From an uncultured Candidatus Marinamargulisbacteria bacterium (GTDB taxonomy: Bacteria; Margulisbacteria; Riflemargulisbacteria; GWF2-35-9; DYQY01): DNA of 64,000 bases. Where the stretch lies: NCBI GenBank assembly GCA_964643725.1, contig CAZXTL010000004.1, positions 27,874 through 91,873 of the forward strand, given 5' to 3'. Positions 19,975 to 30,716 of the stretch are shown one piece after another; the stretch's first letter is position 1, and every line of letters begins with the position of its first letter. A program made the position numbers and the translations under genes. The notes below the pieces were generated by a model, which saw only the letters and a program-made list of their open reading frames with translations, was not told the DNA's origin and did not search any database.

Positions 19975-22900
19975 TGGTTGAAGATGTCAAGGTTAGAAAT
20001 ACAACCTTAGGGAATATCAGAATAAATGACAATGTAGACCCTTTTGCTCGCGCTGCGGCTGAGTCAAAGTATTCACAAGGGAGAATAGACTTATCGGTTC
20101 CTCTTTTAGAGAAACTAGGCCTTTCAACATATCAAGGTGAAAATAAGGGTATTTGTGTTTATTATTGGGAGAATGCTAGAAAGAGTGTAGAAGGAAGAGC
20201 TAGTGTTTATAGGTCTATAGATGAAGCACTTAATAAATTCTTTAACGATAAGGATATAAAGGTAGAACCAAAGGATATTACTACCAAATTTATGCCTGAG
20301 GTTATAGACAGTATTTTAGAGCTTATGATGTTAATGGCTGACTTAGAAAAGATTAATGTTCAATCTGGTAGTAATGATACAAGAGTAGGAACAAAATATA
20401 CAGATTTACTTATTAATAACAAAACAAAATTAATAAATGAATACTTCAATACTAAGATGTCTGATGGGTTACCGCTTGTTGTGGAACCAATGATGAAGGC
20501 ACCGTATCTGTTTTTTTTAGCAGAAAATGCTATAAGTACAGGTAAAGCTTCAGAACAATTAGAAGAACTTAAACTGTTAGATGAGTTGAAGGTTGAGATT
20601 GATAAGAATGTTCCTGACTCTAAGAAGAATCAGTTTAATTTGAGGTTGAATTTAATAAAAGCAGCAAATAATAGTGCTTTATTAGAAAAGTTATCAGCTG
20701 ACAAAGATGAGGATAAACAAACTATTGAAAAATATAAAACAAATATAAGAAATTGCGTTGAAGCTATTCCTGATCCTTATGCTAATGCTTCTTCTTTGAC
20801 AGAAAAAGAAAAATATGAGGCTTTAGTGTTGTATGCTTATTCTAAGTTGACTCTTTTTGGAATAGATAAAAGTGATGCAAATAAAGTTGTATTAATTCAG
20901 TTATTGTCAGATTCAAAGTTACAAAATGATGTTTCTTTACTTGATGATTTGCGTTTGGCTTTAGCCGAATATTATGTTGACCAGAAACCTGTTAATACAA
21001 AAGATGCAAATATAGTTTTAAGTCAAATAACTAATCAACAGGGGCCAAGATTTAAACTGGCTAAATCTAATTCTATGCTTTCTCAGATTAGAGAAAATTT
21101 TAATTCTGGAAAAGAATATAGAAATGATATATCTGTATTAAAATCAATAATTGGAACAAACTTAACTGAAGATTATTTTAACAGAATAGATAGCCCTAAA
21201 ATTAGGTTTTATTTAAAACAGAATCAATTAGAGATGTTAAAGATAAATGGAGATAAAATATCACCAAAAGATTTAGCTAATCTTGTGACTTATGCAGCTG
21301 ACGATAAAACACTTTTATCTTTAGCTCATCTATTCTCTGCTAACTATCATTTAGACCAAGTGGTTGATGAAAATGATGCTGTTAATTTGAATGCAACAAC
21401 TGTGTCCTTAAGGGCAGTGCCTGAAGATTTTCAGAAAGAAACTGATTATAAATTAGCACATATTAGTATGATGTTAAAAGCAAAATCTGATCATTCAGCA
21501 ATAGCGATAATTAAGACTTTTAAGTATGCTGATCTCACTGAGAGACAGAAGCTTTCTTTTAATCTTGTAGTATTAGAGTTGGCAAATTTATTAAAGGTAG
21601 AACCTAATGATAGTAAGTTTTTGGATAAACTTAAAGATGACACTGGTCAATTAATTCCACCACCAGAAGTAGTAACTACCCTTGAAGTACAAGCTAAGAG
21701 TAGCTCAAAAGACCAAATAACTGTTAATGTTTTAAGGGCAGTTAACTTATTGAACAGAAAATTAACCAAGGATGATGACGTTAAAGCTACTGAATTGAAT
21801 TTTAATACTCTTTTAGCACAGGCAGAAGTATTATTAACGAATATTTCTGATAGTAAGGATAAAGCAAAAGAACAAAATAATATCGACCTTCTTCGTGGTT
21901 TGGGTCACTTCCAGAGAAGAGAGTATGGGCATGCAAGTGAGAAATTTATGAAAGTTATTAATTTTTATTTTGAAGATAATGATAATAATAAGACAATTAA
22001 ACAGATGAATGATAAAGAACGTAATGAATATTTAAGGACATTAGGCGTGTATATTGCAACTTACCTAAAGGCTAATAAAGCTCCTGGTAGTTCACTTAAA
22101 CTTGATGATATTAAATTAGATACATTGCTTCCATCAACTTTTGTTGGTCAAGATTCTGATTTAAAGAATATTAAGCTTAGTTACGAGTTAGATTTAATGT
22201 TCGCCAAGAGAGAATATAAGACGATTATTAATGATGAGAAATTTTCAGATAAGTTTAAATCTGCAGATGAAAAAGTTAAGCAAAAGTTACAACTAATTAA
22301 AGGATTTGCGCATTTATATGCAGTAAGTGGTGAACCAGACATAAAAGAAGCTAAAGAAAATTCTGATATAGTAGCAGGGGCAGATATTGCAGATGTAGAT
22401 AACAAGATACTTCTTTTATCATTAGACCAGGAAATTAAATATGCAGATAAGTCAGATAAGCCAGATGCCGATGTAGAAGGTCTAACCAAAGCATTAAATT
22501 CTAGAATAGAAGGTACATTTAAAGATATTAAACTAAATGATCATCAAATTACTCAACTTGTAGCAATATATAGAAAGTATTTACAGAGAACAGGTCAAGA
22601 TACAAAGACGTTTGATGAACTGATAGGTAGTGATAGTAAACTGCCAAATAATGCTCCGTTTATTTACCAATTAGCAGTAAAAGCTGATAAATATGATATT
22701 GAGATGAAGAGCAATGTTGTGGATATGAAAGATTTTATAAAGAATTTTCCAGCACAAGCTAAAGATAGATTAGATGAAGTAGGTAAATTAGATTTAGTTA
22801 TTACTGATAAGACTACTGCTTCAGATGTTTCTGAAAACGTAAGTTCATTAAGACAAGTTCAAAGGTTTGATAGAGCTTTGGCGTTAATAATAGAGGCTTT

Positions 22901-25900
22901 AAAAAAGTTAAATGAACAACCAAATGCAAATTTAAATAAAGAGCGACTTAATACAAAAAAAGAATTACTTAAGCTACAGATAGAAATTAAGTTAGATTTA
23001 ATACAACTTAAGAAACCTGCTGAACGTGAAACTGATGTTAAAGACATTGAAAGATTAATTAGTGATTATAGTAAAATTTCAGATGATTCAGAAGTTAAAG
23101 TAGAGGTAGTTTTACAAAGCATGGCACTTGCTACTGCTGAAGGGAAATCAGTGATTGGTAGCAATGGTAAATTATTATCAGAGTTTTCAATAGCAAATTT
23201 CCCTCAACGTAATCAAAATGTATTTAAGTTTCGTTATCAGATGATGCTTGCTTATAACAAGATGGCGCAAAAGGGTTTTTCAGATTATGCGACAGTTAAG
23301 CGAGATATTGATAAGGCGTTTATTGAAATGCCAATTGTAGACCAAACCGATTATAAAGAAGCTAAGATGGGTGTTTATGTAAGAATGGTTGATAGTGCTA
23401 AGGGAGATTATAAAGTTGCAAGACTAACAGAAAAGGACGTTACTCTAATGTCTTGGGATCAGGCAGCAACGTTGCTTTCTGTGACTAAGTCTGATGAGGC
23501 ATTAACATTATTGGATAAGCTGACTAAGGCTACTCCTGTTACTTCTTTTGTTAGAATAAAAGCAACTTTAGCAGGATATAGTGGTGATAATAGTTGGGTT
23601 TATGTTGATTATAGTTATGTTGCACCACCAGGAAAAGAATCTCAATTCGATAATGAACCGAAAATGGGTTTGGAGTTACAACCAGGTAGCGCTAGAGTGG
23701 TTGCGCCACCAGAAGAAAACAAGCGGAACATTCCTCTTGCTTCTCCTGCATCTAGGGTGTCAAATTCCACATTAGAAGTTGCAAATGGCTTAAGTGTTGA
23801 GGCAAATTCATCTCAAGCAGTGTTTGGTTTTGGAACAGCAGATGAGATGTTCTCATATCTCGGAAAAAACAATGTTTTAATTGAAGGAATAAATGCACAA
23901 AGAGAAACTGTTACAAAAACCGGAACTTGGACAGAAGAAATACCTATTTATGAAGAGATTGTTGTTGAAAATGAGACGGGAACAGGTACTCATATTGTAC
24001 GTCGTCAAACTGGGACAAGAACAGAAAGCGGAACATATACTTGGAATGAGGAAGTTTTAACTCCTCATGATTTTGGTAAGAAAGCCTTTGATAAAGATGC
24101 TCAATACTTAAAATCTGTACAAGAGATTATTGCTAAACAACAGATTACCAAAGAGGTTGGAGTTTACGCTTTTTATCGTGAAACAAAGGACATAAAGGTT
24201 GGAGATAATCCTTTTGAAGTAAAGAAAATTAATAAAGGTGATATAGGAAATATGTATGACACTCAAGAAATGGGGGCTGGTGTTACCTTTGATGATAATG
24301 GGAATATAATCAAACTTGAGTTTAAGCACTATGAAAAAGATGTAGAAGCAGGTAATTTTGTTGCCGGTAATGGCAAGTATTATTTAATTCATAAGCCACC
24401 AGTTGAGAATCAATTGAATGGATACATATCTAAGGAGTTGTCCGAAAAGATTAAACTTGTCGGGGCTTTTCAAGTAGATGATATCGGGCAGCATTATGGA
24501 AAAGTTGGTTTTGTTTATGAAGATAAAAAGACAGGAAAGATAAGTGTTTTCTTTACTACTGGAGAATATGCATATTTTAATAATAAGGGAACTTATGATT
24601 CTGTTAAATCAAATGGGGTAAATGTATCTTGGGAAAAGATGTGGGAAACCAAAAGTGGGGCAAAATTTTTAGCTTACTTAAATGCAGGATATAATGTAAG
24701 TTCAAGCAGTAATCCAGCTGATAGTGGTGCTTCTTTAGAGGCTGGTCTTAAACAGATAGTAGATTTAGGAGAAGGAGCTTCTGTTACAACAGGAGTTGTA
24801 GCAACAGTACAGCAGACAGATGAGGGGTTACCAGTTAATCTTAGTGCTGGGATTCTTTATCGTGATAACCTAAAGAGATTTGTTGAGAATAATATCCTTG
24901 GAACAAATGTTTCTGTTCCTTTGTCATCAACAGACAAAACAGAATTGGAAACATTACTCGGACTAACTGGTAAACGTGCACAGCTAGGAATTTTTAATGC
25001 TGAGAGATATAAGGGTGCATTCAAGTTTGAAGTGGTTGGTAGTGCAGATGGGGGGAAAATATATACCTTAATTTGTAAAGACAGAAAGTCATTTAACGAA
25101 ATGATTGCTGAGATTGGCAAAACTGGTAATTACCAATTAGCTAGTACATTGCTTGAAGCTAATCTGAGAAGTAAATTAGAAGTATTTAAACAAAGTAATT
25201 TCGATGGTGTTAGTACTAAGGAAGTAGCTGAATATGAAATTTTGTTGGGCAATTTAAATAACATAGACAAAATATATAAGAATGCAGAGGATAAAGCAGC
25301 AGCGAGATACGGGTTGTTAAAGTCTATTGATCCACTAGCAAATACATTATTAGCAAAGATATCTTATCAGATTTCCGTACAGTATATTTTGGCTCAAGCA
25401 TTTGTTTTAAAAAATGGTGGAGATACTGAGAAATCTAATTTTGACATAAAGCAACTTGAGCAATTAATGGCTAATGTTAAGCTTTCTGTTGATGACCTTA
25501 ATATATTAGGTTTTGATACACAGATTAAAGTTGGTTCATCCTTGGTTAATATTCTTACACATCCAGAAGCTTTATTAAACGTAGGAGTTGAGTGTATTCA
25601 AGATTTTAGGATTAATGAGAATAATAAGTTTAGACTTGGCGGAGAGCTTTCTACCTTTGATCCTCATTTGCATGCAGAATTGCTAATGGAATTTAATAAT
25701 AAATTTACTGTTTCGTTAGGGAATAATTTGGGAGTTGAAGTATTAGATAAGACCGGCGCAGCTGTTAAGGCTGGAGTGAAGGTAGATTTGTTAGGTTTAT
25801 TTGGGTACGGAAGAGCAGCTTTTGGTTTGACTTATGGTAATGCTCCAGGTAGTGCATTACATGGTGGAGAAGTTACTTGGGCTATGGTTGGTGTTACTGG

Positions 25901-28823
25901 GTTAATCATTCGTAAGGAAAAGAATCCTGGACATCAGTTTAGATTTGCTGATGGGGAGATAGTATCAGCTGTAGATTATTTTGGTAAAACAAATTATAAG
26001 ATGCTTGCTGCAACCGTAGGAAGTGAACATTTTAATTACCTTAAGAATTGGGCTCAGGAAGTTTGTAAAGCACAAAGGGGATTAGCCAAAATTAGTATTT
26101 TCTATGATCAAGAAGATGCAGCGAAGCTATATTCAGATCAAAGAGTTCCAGAATTAGAATTATTTAAGAAGCTTGTAACTGAATTATATAAACGTAAAGC
26201 AAACGGTAATGATAGTTTTAAGGCACTAAATGCTGTTTTTCTTAATTGGGATGTAAATAAATTTGAAGGCGATACTTTTGCCGTAGATATGGATAGTCTT
26301 AAGAAAATGGTTCGGGATATATCAAAAGGAAAAGGAACAGCAGATGCATTAATTAATGAATATTTAAATAATATAGTTCACACAGAAAGAGTAAATGCGA
26401 AGGATAAGTTAATAAAAGCAGTTTTGTCATCCAATGCTTCAAACGACTTAAAAAAGAGCATTGAGAAATTGATAAATGATTTATCAAGTAGAGGTTTGGA
26501 ATTTAATGTTAGAGATGAAATTATAAATAAGATAGCAAATAATAATGATGCCTTAGTTGGGTTAAATAAGATGCTTTCAGTGTTTGAAAATGAATTAGAA
26601 ATAAGAATTCCTGATATGGTTTTAACTTTAGATGATAGTGGTTTCTTGGGATTTTTTAGAAATAGTAAAATATCACAATATTATATTGAAATGGCTTATG
26701 AAAATTTAAAAAGCGTGGGTAAAGATAAAGATGATATTTCAGAAAATGACATTTTAAATAAGCTTAGAGGTGAAGTAGGCAGAATTAATTATGTTGATAA
26801 GAATTTGGCAAGCTTAATGGCAATGCTTGAGAAGAAGAGAATAGATGCTGATTTGTCATATATCGGTAGAAAAGATAATCAACATGTTTTCTTAATTAAC
26901 ATGAGAGGTGCTGGTAAGAACGGTACAGAAACTCAGGACTATGAGTTTCGTGTCACTGATAAAGGAGCAATTACATTATTTCAAATTTTTTCAAATGGAG
27001 TTGAAATACAAGAACAGATTGACTCACAGAAGAATGTGTTCCATCGAGCACTTTATTTGATGTGTCAAGGTGGAGGGATTGTTCCATCTGCTATAGAGAA
27101 GATGTTCAAGACGGCTAAGATTAATGCTATTGAAAACAGCAAAGTAGAGCAATCTGTCTCTGGTCAAGTTATTGACCAAGATGCTATTGATAGAGCTAAT
27201 GCAACTTTAGCTACAAAGACTACTGAACTAGAAAACAAATCTATAGCTCTTGCTGCTTTGCGACAATCAATTATTAATTTAACTGCTAGGTTGGGAGAAG
27301 TAAATGCTGATTTAGATGCATTGAGACCAGAATTAGCAAAACTAGAACAAGAGGTAGCGGATTTGACCGCTGAACTTGAGTCTATGAAAGAAGACGCTAA
27401 AAAGAAGCAAGAAGCCTTAGATCTAGCAAAACAAAAGGTTGCTGCTTTGCAACCAGAAGTTGATAAGCTGATAAGAGACATAGCTGCGGAAGAAGCTACT
27501 CTTGATGTAGGGAATAAAAAGATTCCAGAATTTAATGCAGAAATTAAGAAGAAACAAGATGCTTCAAGTGCGCTTAATGTTGTAGCAGAAAAGCTAGAAG
27601 GGAACAACAAAGCAGTTATTAGATTAGAAGGATTACTTAAAACAACTAGAGATCAGATTGGAGTAGAGAAAGCTAAATTTAATGACTGGAAGCCTTTTAA
27701 TGAAGATCAAGATAAAGTTGATAGATTAGAAAGAGAAGAAAGAGCAATTATTGCAACTCTAAGTGCGAAAAGAGAAGATGTTAAGATTTCTATAAAAGCA
27801 AAAGATGATGTGGCTGCTTTGCAAATTGTCATTGATGGACTTAATAAACAAGTCTCAGCCCAAGTTGAAGCAAATATTGCTTCACAAAAAAGTTTAGATG
27901 CCTTAAATATAGATCTTAAATCAAAACAGCCAGAGTTAACATCTGCTCAAGAGAGTGTTGCTAAGTTAGGATTAGAAGTGCCAACATTAAATGCTAAAGC
28001 TCTTGATCTTGGTAAACAGGTAGAACAAAAGCAAGCATTAGTTGCAGATGCGCAGAATCGTATAGAGGACAAAGAAAAGATTAAAGAAGGTATTGAGCAA
28101 GAACTAGCAAAAGCTAAATTAGATTTGCCAGGATTAATCGATAGTGTTAAAAAGGCAGAGGCACAAGTTGCTGCTGCAAGAAAGGCTGTTTCATTAGCAG
28201 AGGGTAAATCAATAACAATCTCACAACCTACAACAAAAGCTCTTCCAGTTGCTGCTAAAGCAGTTACAACTGCATCTTCCACGTCAAAAGCTATTCCTGT
28301 TGCTGCTAACACTAGCAGTCAGGTTCAAAGTATAAGAACTCAACTTGGTGGCATATCAACCCCTAGCGTTTTCAACAGATCAATGGATATAGCTTCAGAT
28401 AGACCATGGACAGATTTAGATAAATTAGAGGACGTAACAGATATTGAGTTTATTCAAGCTGTTGTTTATCTCACTAGAAACCAGAAGAACCCACTGGAAG
28501 CAAATATAGCTAATGCCGAAGCAATTAAGCAAGGTACACTTAATTGGAACGTTAATTTTGCTAAGCTAATGAAACATTATAACGTAAGCGATAAGAAAGA
28601 GTTAGTGTATATAGCTGTTGCGAAGAAGATGAAGGATATGAGAGTAACTGAGAATAAAGAAGAATTAAAAAAGGAATTAGATAAGATTAGTGATAGAGAA
28701 GTTAGAAAGAAGTTAGTTGATATATTGGTTCATAAGTTTAAGGTTAATGTTGATATTCCTAAAGTAGAAACTGAAATAAAACCAAGCAGAAGAAGTCCAT
28801 CGTTGCCACCTCATAGAAGGTAA
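19974..28823 (+). CDS. Giant protein (2949 aa) with a long C-proximal coiled-coil region
   Basis: An 8.85-kb ORF with AGGAG 5 nt upstream. Its ATG overlaps the ORF5 stop. A heptad-like A/L/E/K/Q-rich region of ~350 aa (nt ~27140-28210, e.g. LAKLEQEVADLTAELESMKEDAKKKQEALDLAKQKVAALQPEVDKL) is followed by short direct repeats KALPVAAKAVTT / KAIPVAANTSS. Confidence 0.8.
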   Translation: MVEDVKVRNTTLGNIRINDNVDPFARAAAESKYSQGRIDLSVPLLEKLGLSTYQGENKGICVYYWENARKSVEGRASVYRSIDEALNKFFNDKDIKVEPKDITTKFMPEVIDSILELMMLMADLEKINVQSGSNDTRVGTKYTDLLINNKTKLINEYFNTKMSDGLPLVVEPMMKAPYLFFLAENAISTGKASEQLEELKLLDELKVEIDKNVPDSKKNQFNLRLNLIKAANNSALLEKLSADKDEDKQTIEKYKTNIRNCVEAIPDPYANASSLTEKEKYEALVLYAYSKLTLFGIDKSDANKVVLIQLLSDSKLQNDVSLLDDLRLALAEYYVDQKPVNTKDANIVLSQITNQQGPRFKLAKSNSMLSQIRENFNSGKEYRNDISVLKSIIGTNLTEDYFNRIDSPKIRFYLKQNQLEMLKINGDKISPKDLANLVTYAADDKTLLSLAHLFSANYHLDQVVDENDAVNLNATTVSLRAVPEDFQKETDYKLAHISMMLKAKSDHSAIAIIKTFKYADLTERQKLSFNLVVLELANLLKVEPNDSKFLDKLKDDTGQLIPPPEVVTTLEVQAKSSSKDQITVNVLRAVNLLNRKLTKDDDVKATELNFNTLLAQAEVLLTNISDSKDKAKEQNNIDLLRGLGHFQRREYGHASEKFMKVINFYFEDNDNNKTIKQMNDKERNEYLRTLGVYIATYLKANKAPGSSLKLDDIKLDTLLPSTFVGQDSDLKNIKLSYELDLMFAKREYKTIINDEKFSDKFKSADEKVKQKLQLIKGFAHLYAVSGEPDIKEAKENSDIVAGADIADVDNKILLLSLDQEIKYADKSDKPDADVEGLTKALNSRIEGTFKDIKLNDHQITQLVAIYRKYLQRTGQDTKTFDELIGSDSKLPNNAPFIYQLAVKADKYDIEMKSNVVDMKDFIKNFPAQAKDRLDEVGKLDLVITDKTTASDVSENVSSLRQVQRFDRALALIIEALKKLNEQPNANLNKERLNTKKELLKLQIEIKLDLIQLKKPAERETDVKDIERLISDYSKISDDSEVKVEVVLQSMALATAEGKSVIGSNGKLLSEFSIANFPQRNQNVFKFRYQMMLAYNKMAQKGFSDYATVKRDIDKAFIEMPIVDQTDYKEAKMGVYVRMVDSAKGDYKVARLTEKDVTLMSWDQAATLLSVTKSDEALTLLDKLTKATPVTSFVRIKATLAGYSGDNSWVYVDYSYVAPPGKESQFDNEPKMGLELQPGSARVVAPPEENKRNIPLASPASRVSNSTLEVANGLSVEANSSQAVFGFGTADEMFSYLGKNNVLIEGINAQRETVTKTGTWTEEIPIYEEIVVENETGTGTHIVRRQTGTRTESGTYTWNEEVLTPHDFGKKAFDKDAQYLKSVQEIIAKQQITKEVGVYAFYRETKDIKVGDNPFEVKKINKGDIGNMYDTQEMGAGVTFDDNGNIIKLEFKHYEKDVEAGNFVAGNGKYYLIHKPPVENQLNGYISKELSEKIKLVGAFQVDDIGQHYGKVGFVYEDKKTGKISVFFTTGEYAYFNNKGTYDSVKSNGVNVSWEKMWETKSGAKFLAYLNAGYNVSSSSNPADSGASLEAGLKQIVDLGEGASVTTGVVATVQQTDEGLPVNLSAGILYRDNLKRFVENNILGTNVSVPLSSTDKTELETLLGLTGKRAQLGIFNAERYKGAFKFEVVGSADGGKIYTLICKDRKSFNEMIAEIGKTGNYQLASTLLEANLRSKLEVFKQSNFDGVSTKEVAEYEILLGNLNNIDKIYKNAEDKAAARYGLLKSIDPLANTLLAKISYQISVQYILAQAFVLKNGGDTEKSNFDIKQLEQLMANVKLSVDDLNILGFDTQIKVGSSLVNILTHPEALLNVGVECIQDFRINENNKFRLGGELSTFDPHLHAELLMEFNNKFTVSLGNNLGVEVLDKTGAAVKAGVKVDLLGLFGYGRAAFGLTYGNAPGSALHGGEVTWAMVGVTGLIIRKEKNPGHQFRFADGEIVSAVDYFGKTNYKMLAATVGSEHFNYLKNWAQEVCKAQRGLAKISIFYDQEDAAKLYSDQRVPELELFKKLVTELYKRKANGNDSFKALNAVFLNWDVNKFEGDTFAVDMDSLKKMVRDISKGKGTADALINEYLNNIVHTERVNAKDKLIKAVLSSNASNDLKKSIEKLINDLSSRGLEFNVRDEIINKIANNNDALVGLNKMLSVFENELEIRIPDMVLTLDDSGFLGFFRNSKISQYYIEMAYENLKSVGKDKDDISENDILNKLRGEVGRINYVDKNLASLMAMLEKKRIDADLSYIGRKDNQHVFLINMRGAGKNGTETQDYEFRVTDKGAITLFQIFSNGVEIQEQIDSQKNVFHRALYLMCQGGGIVPSAIEKMFKTAKINAIENSKVEQSVSGQVIDQDAIDRANATLATKTTELENKSIALAALRQSIINLTARLGEVNADLDALRPELAKLEQEVADLTAELESMKEDAKKKQEALDLAKQKVAALQPEVDKLIRDIAAEEATLDVGNKKIPEFNAEIKKKQDASSALNVVAEKLEGNNKAVIRLEGLLKTTRDQIGVEKAKFNDWKPFNEDQDKVDRLEREERAIIATLSAKREDVKISIKAKDDVAALQIVIDGLNKQVSAQVEANIASQKSLDALNIDLKSKQPELTSAQESVAKLGLEVPTLNAKALDLGKQVEQKQALVADAQNRIEDKEKIKEGIEQELAKAKLDLPGLIDSVKKAEAQVAAARKAVSLAEGKSITISQPTTKALPVAAKAVTTASSTSKAIPVAANTSSQVQSIRTQLGGISTPSVFNRSMDIASDRPWTDLDKLEDVTDIEFIQAVVYLTRNQKNPLEANIANAEAIKQGTLNWNVNFAKLMKHYNVSDKKELVYIAVAKKMKDMRVTENKEELKKELDKISDREVRKKLVDILVHKFKVNVDIPKVETEIKPSRRSPSLPPHRR

Positions 28824-28847
28824 GTCATCTCGGCTACGTTCAGTGAC

Positions 28848-29618
28848 CTACATAAAGTTAACGACTAGAAACCCTACGATTAAACAGTAGTATCCAAATA
28901 GGTGAAATTTACCTTCGCTAATTAGTTTGATTAGAAATTTAATTGTAAATAATCCAGCCAGAAAACTACAGAGCATTCCAATTAGATATTCAGGAGCAAG
29001 CATTATGCTTGTGTCTAACTCCACAACTGTTGCTGCTAGTATCGCAGGGATTGATAGAATAAAAGAGAATTCAGCTGCTTGTTTTTTTGATATGCCTGTC
29101 ATAAGGGCCACTGCAATAGTGCTGCCAGAGCGCGATAACCCAGGGATTACGGCAATCCCTTGTCCAATACCAATCAAGATACTTCTGAAAAGATTTAAAG
29201 GTTTGCTGGTTTTCTGTTTTCTTTGAATAATATTAGAAGTAAATAGTAATAGCGCAGTAAAGATAAGTGCGGTCCCTACCAGATTAAGTTGGTTCTTATT
29301 TGCCTTGAGAGTTTCTCTTAATGCTAATCCAATAATGCCTGTTGGTATCATAGCTATTATTACGTATAAGGAGAACAGTCTACTAGTATGTTTCTCTTTG
29401 TCCTTAAAGTTTATTAAAGCATCAATTAATGACCAGATTTGTTTGCGGAAATATACGAAAACAGCCAATAGTGTTCCTAAGTGTAATATTAGCTCTAGAC
29501 TAAGATCAGAGAAAGAAACCCCAAGTAAGTGTTCTGCAATAACTAAGTGACCAGAGCTACTGATAGGTAAAAACTCTGTAAATCCTTGGATGATTCCTAG
29601 TAAAGCGATTTTTAGCAT
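28848..29618 (-). CDS. uppP: Undecaprenyl-diphosphate phosphatase (UppP/BacA)
   Basis: N-terminus MLKIALLGIIQGFTEFLPISSSGHL is the classic UppP signature. A 256-aa polytopic membrane protein with the SRSG motif region. Confidence 0.9.
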   Translation of the reverse strand: MLKIALLGIIQGFTEFLPISSSGHLVIAEHLLGVSFSDLSLELILHLGTLLAVFVYFRKQIWSLIDALINFKDKEKHTSRLFSLYVIIAMIPTGIIGLALRETLKANKNQLNLVGTALIFTALLLFTSNIIQRKQKTSKPLNLFRSILIGIGQGIAVIPGLSRSGSTIAVALMTGISKKQAAEFSFILSIPAILAATVVELDTSIMLAPEYLIGMLCSFLAGLFTIKFLIKLISEGKFHLFGYYCLIVGFLVVNFM

Positions 29619-29705
29619 GAAATTATTATACTGTTTATTCGTTGATTTGTTTATATGTTTATTTGTTTAAGAAAGAGTATTTTTAGTTAATATGATTATA
29701 TTTAC

Positions 29706-29790
29706 TGAACCCTCTCCGTCGCGTAAGCAATGGAGAGGGTGGCGATATCGAAATGTTTTACAAGCTCTCGCCTGATTACGCCGGGTGAGG
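29706..29790 (+). repeat. Structured repeat element, copy A (solo): hairpin CCCTCTCC-(14-nt loop)-GGAGAGGG, then GGTGGCGATATCG...TTACGCCGGG
   Basis: Lies between the secF 3' end and the uppP 5' end. The stem sequence differs from copy B, yet pairing is preserved by compensatory changes (CTCTCC/GGAGAG versus CTTCTT/AAGAAG). Confidence 0.7.
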
Positions 29791-29791
29791 T

Positions 29792-30706
29792 TTACTGATT
29801 CAATTTTTTAAATCTATACAATAGTGGGCTTGCTATAAAGATAGATGAATATGCTCCAGCACTGATACCAATTATTAGCGCAAGCGAAAAATCTTTTATA
29901 GATGCTCCACCCCAGAAGTAAATAGCAATTAATGTTAATAGTGTTGTGAACGATGTATAGATGGATCTGGTCATCGTTTGGGCAAGACTATTGTTAATAA
30001 TATCAAAGATTTCTTCTTTGCTTTCTTTTAGGTTTTCTCTCACTCTGTCAAAGATAACAATAGTATCATTGATGGAATACCCCATTACGGTCAGAAAGGC
30101 AGCTACATAGGAAGTATTTACTTCTATGTGAAGTAAAGCTGTCATTCCAATCAAAATCATTCCATCATGAACTAAGGCAAGTATAGCTGCAATAGCTGCC
30201 CAGAACTCGAAACGGAAGGTAATGTATATTAGTAAAAGTAGCATAGCAATACCAGTGATAGCGAATGCTTGTTTTTGAAGTTCGTTACCAACAGTTGGGC
30301 CAATGAAGTCAGTAGATAATATAGTTGCTCCTTCTATTTCAGAAGTTATTTTTTTAGATAATTCTTCAATAGAAAGATTTGTTTTTTGAAATTTCAAGGA
30401 GAATAGATATTTATCAATTGTAGTAAGCTGTGTGTTTTCAACTCCTGCTTTTTCCATTGTTCCTCTGATTAAACTAGTAAGTTCACTTCTAGTTTTTTCT
30501 GACAAAACACCAGTAGAGTTAAATTCTTTAGTTGCTTTATCAATACCTACTGTATATGAAATTCCCCCAGTAAAATCTATTCCAAGATTGAAGGGGGTTC
30601 CAGTTGATAGGAAGTTGTTGAACATAGAATATATACCAATGCTGATAATAATAGTAGATAGTCCGAACCAATATTTAGTCTTGTCTAAAAAATATATTTT
30701 TCCCAT
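29792..30706 (-). CDS. secF: Protein translocase subunit SecF
   Basis: LGIDFTGG motif, a 304-aa membrane protein, immediately downstream of secD on the same strand. Confidence 0.9.
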   Translation of the reverse strand: MGKIYFLDKTKYWFGLSTIIISIGIYSMFNNFLSTGTPFNLGIDFTGGISYTVGIDKATKEFNSTGVLSEKTRSELTSLIRGTMEKAGVENTQLTTIDKYLFSLKFQKTNLSIEELSKKITSEIEGATILSTDFIGPTVGNELQKQAFAITGIAMLLLLIYITFRFEFWAAIAAILALVHDGMILIGMTALLHIEVNTSYVAAFLTVMGYSINDTIVIFDRVRENLKESKEEIFDIINNSLAQTMTRSIYTSFTTLLTLIAIYFWGGASIKDFSLALIIGISAGAYSSIFIASPLLYRFKKLNQ

Positions 30707-30716
30707 TTTTAACTCC

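Noticed and set aside
26890-26920. Walker-A-like 'RGAGKNGT' in ORF6
   Set aside because: It does not fit GxxxxGK[ST], because the Lys is followed by Asn. It is probably a chance match.
27164-28312. Antisense ORFs 27164..27610 (-) and 27947..28312 (-) encoding Ala/Ser-rich peptides
   Set aside because: They lie opposite the coiled-coil region of ORF6. GCN/GAR-rich codon runs on the sense strand give open antisense frames. They have no start context and are an artefact.
29619-29791. Rho-independent terminator for secF at the hairpin 29710-29739
   Set aside because: On the minus strand the hairpin is not followed by a clean U-tract. The element is better explained as a copy of the repeated structured element.
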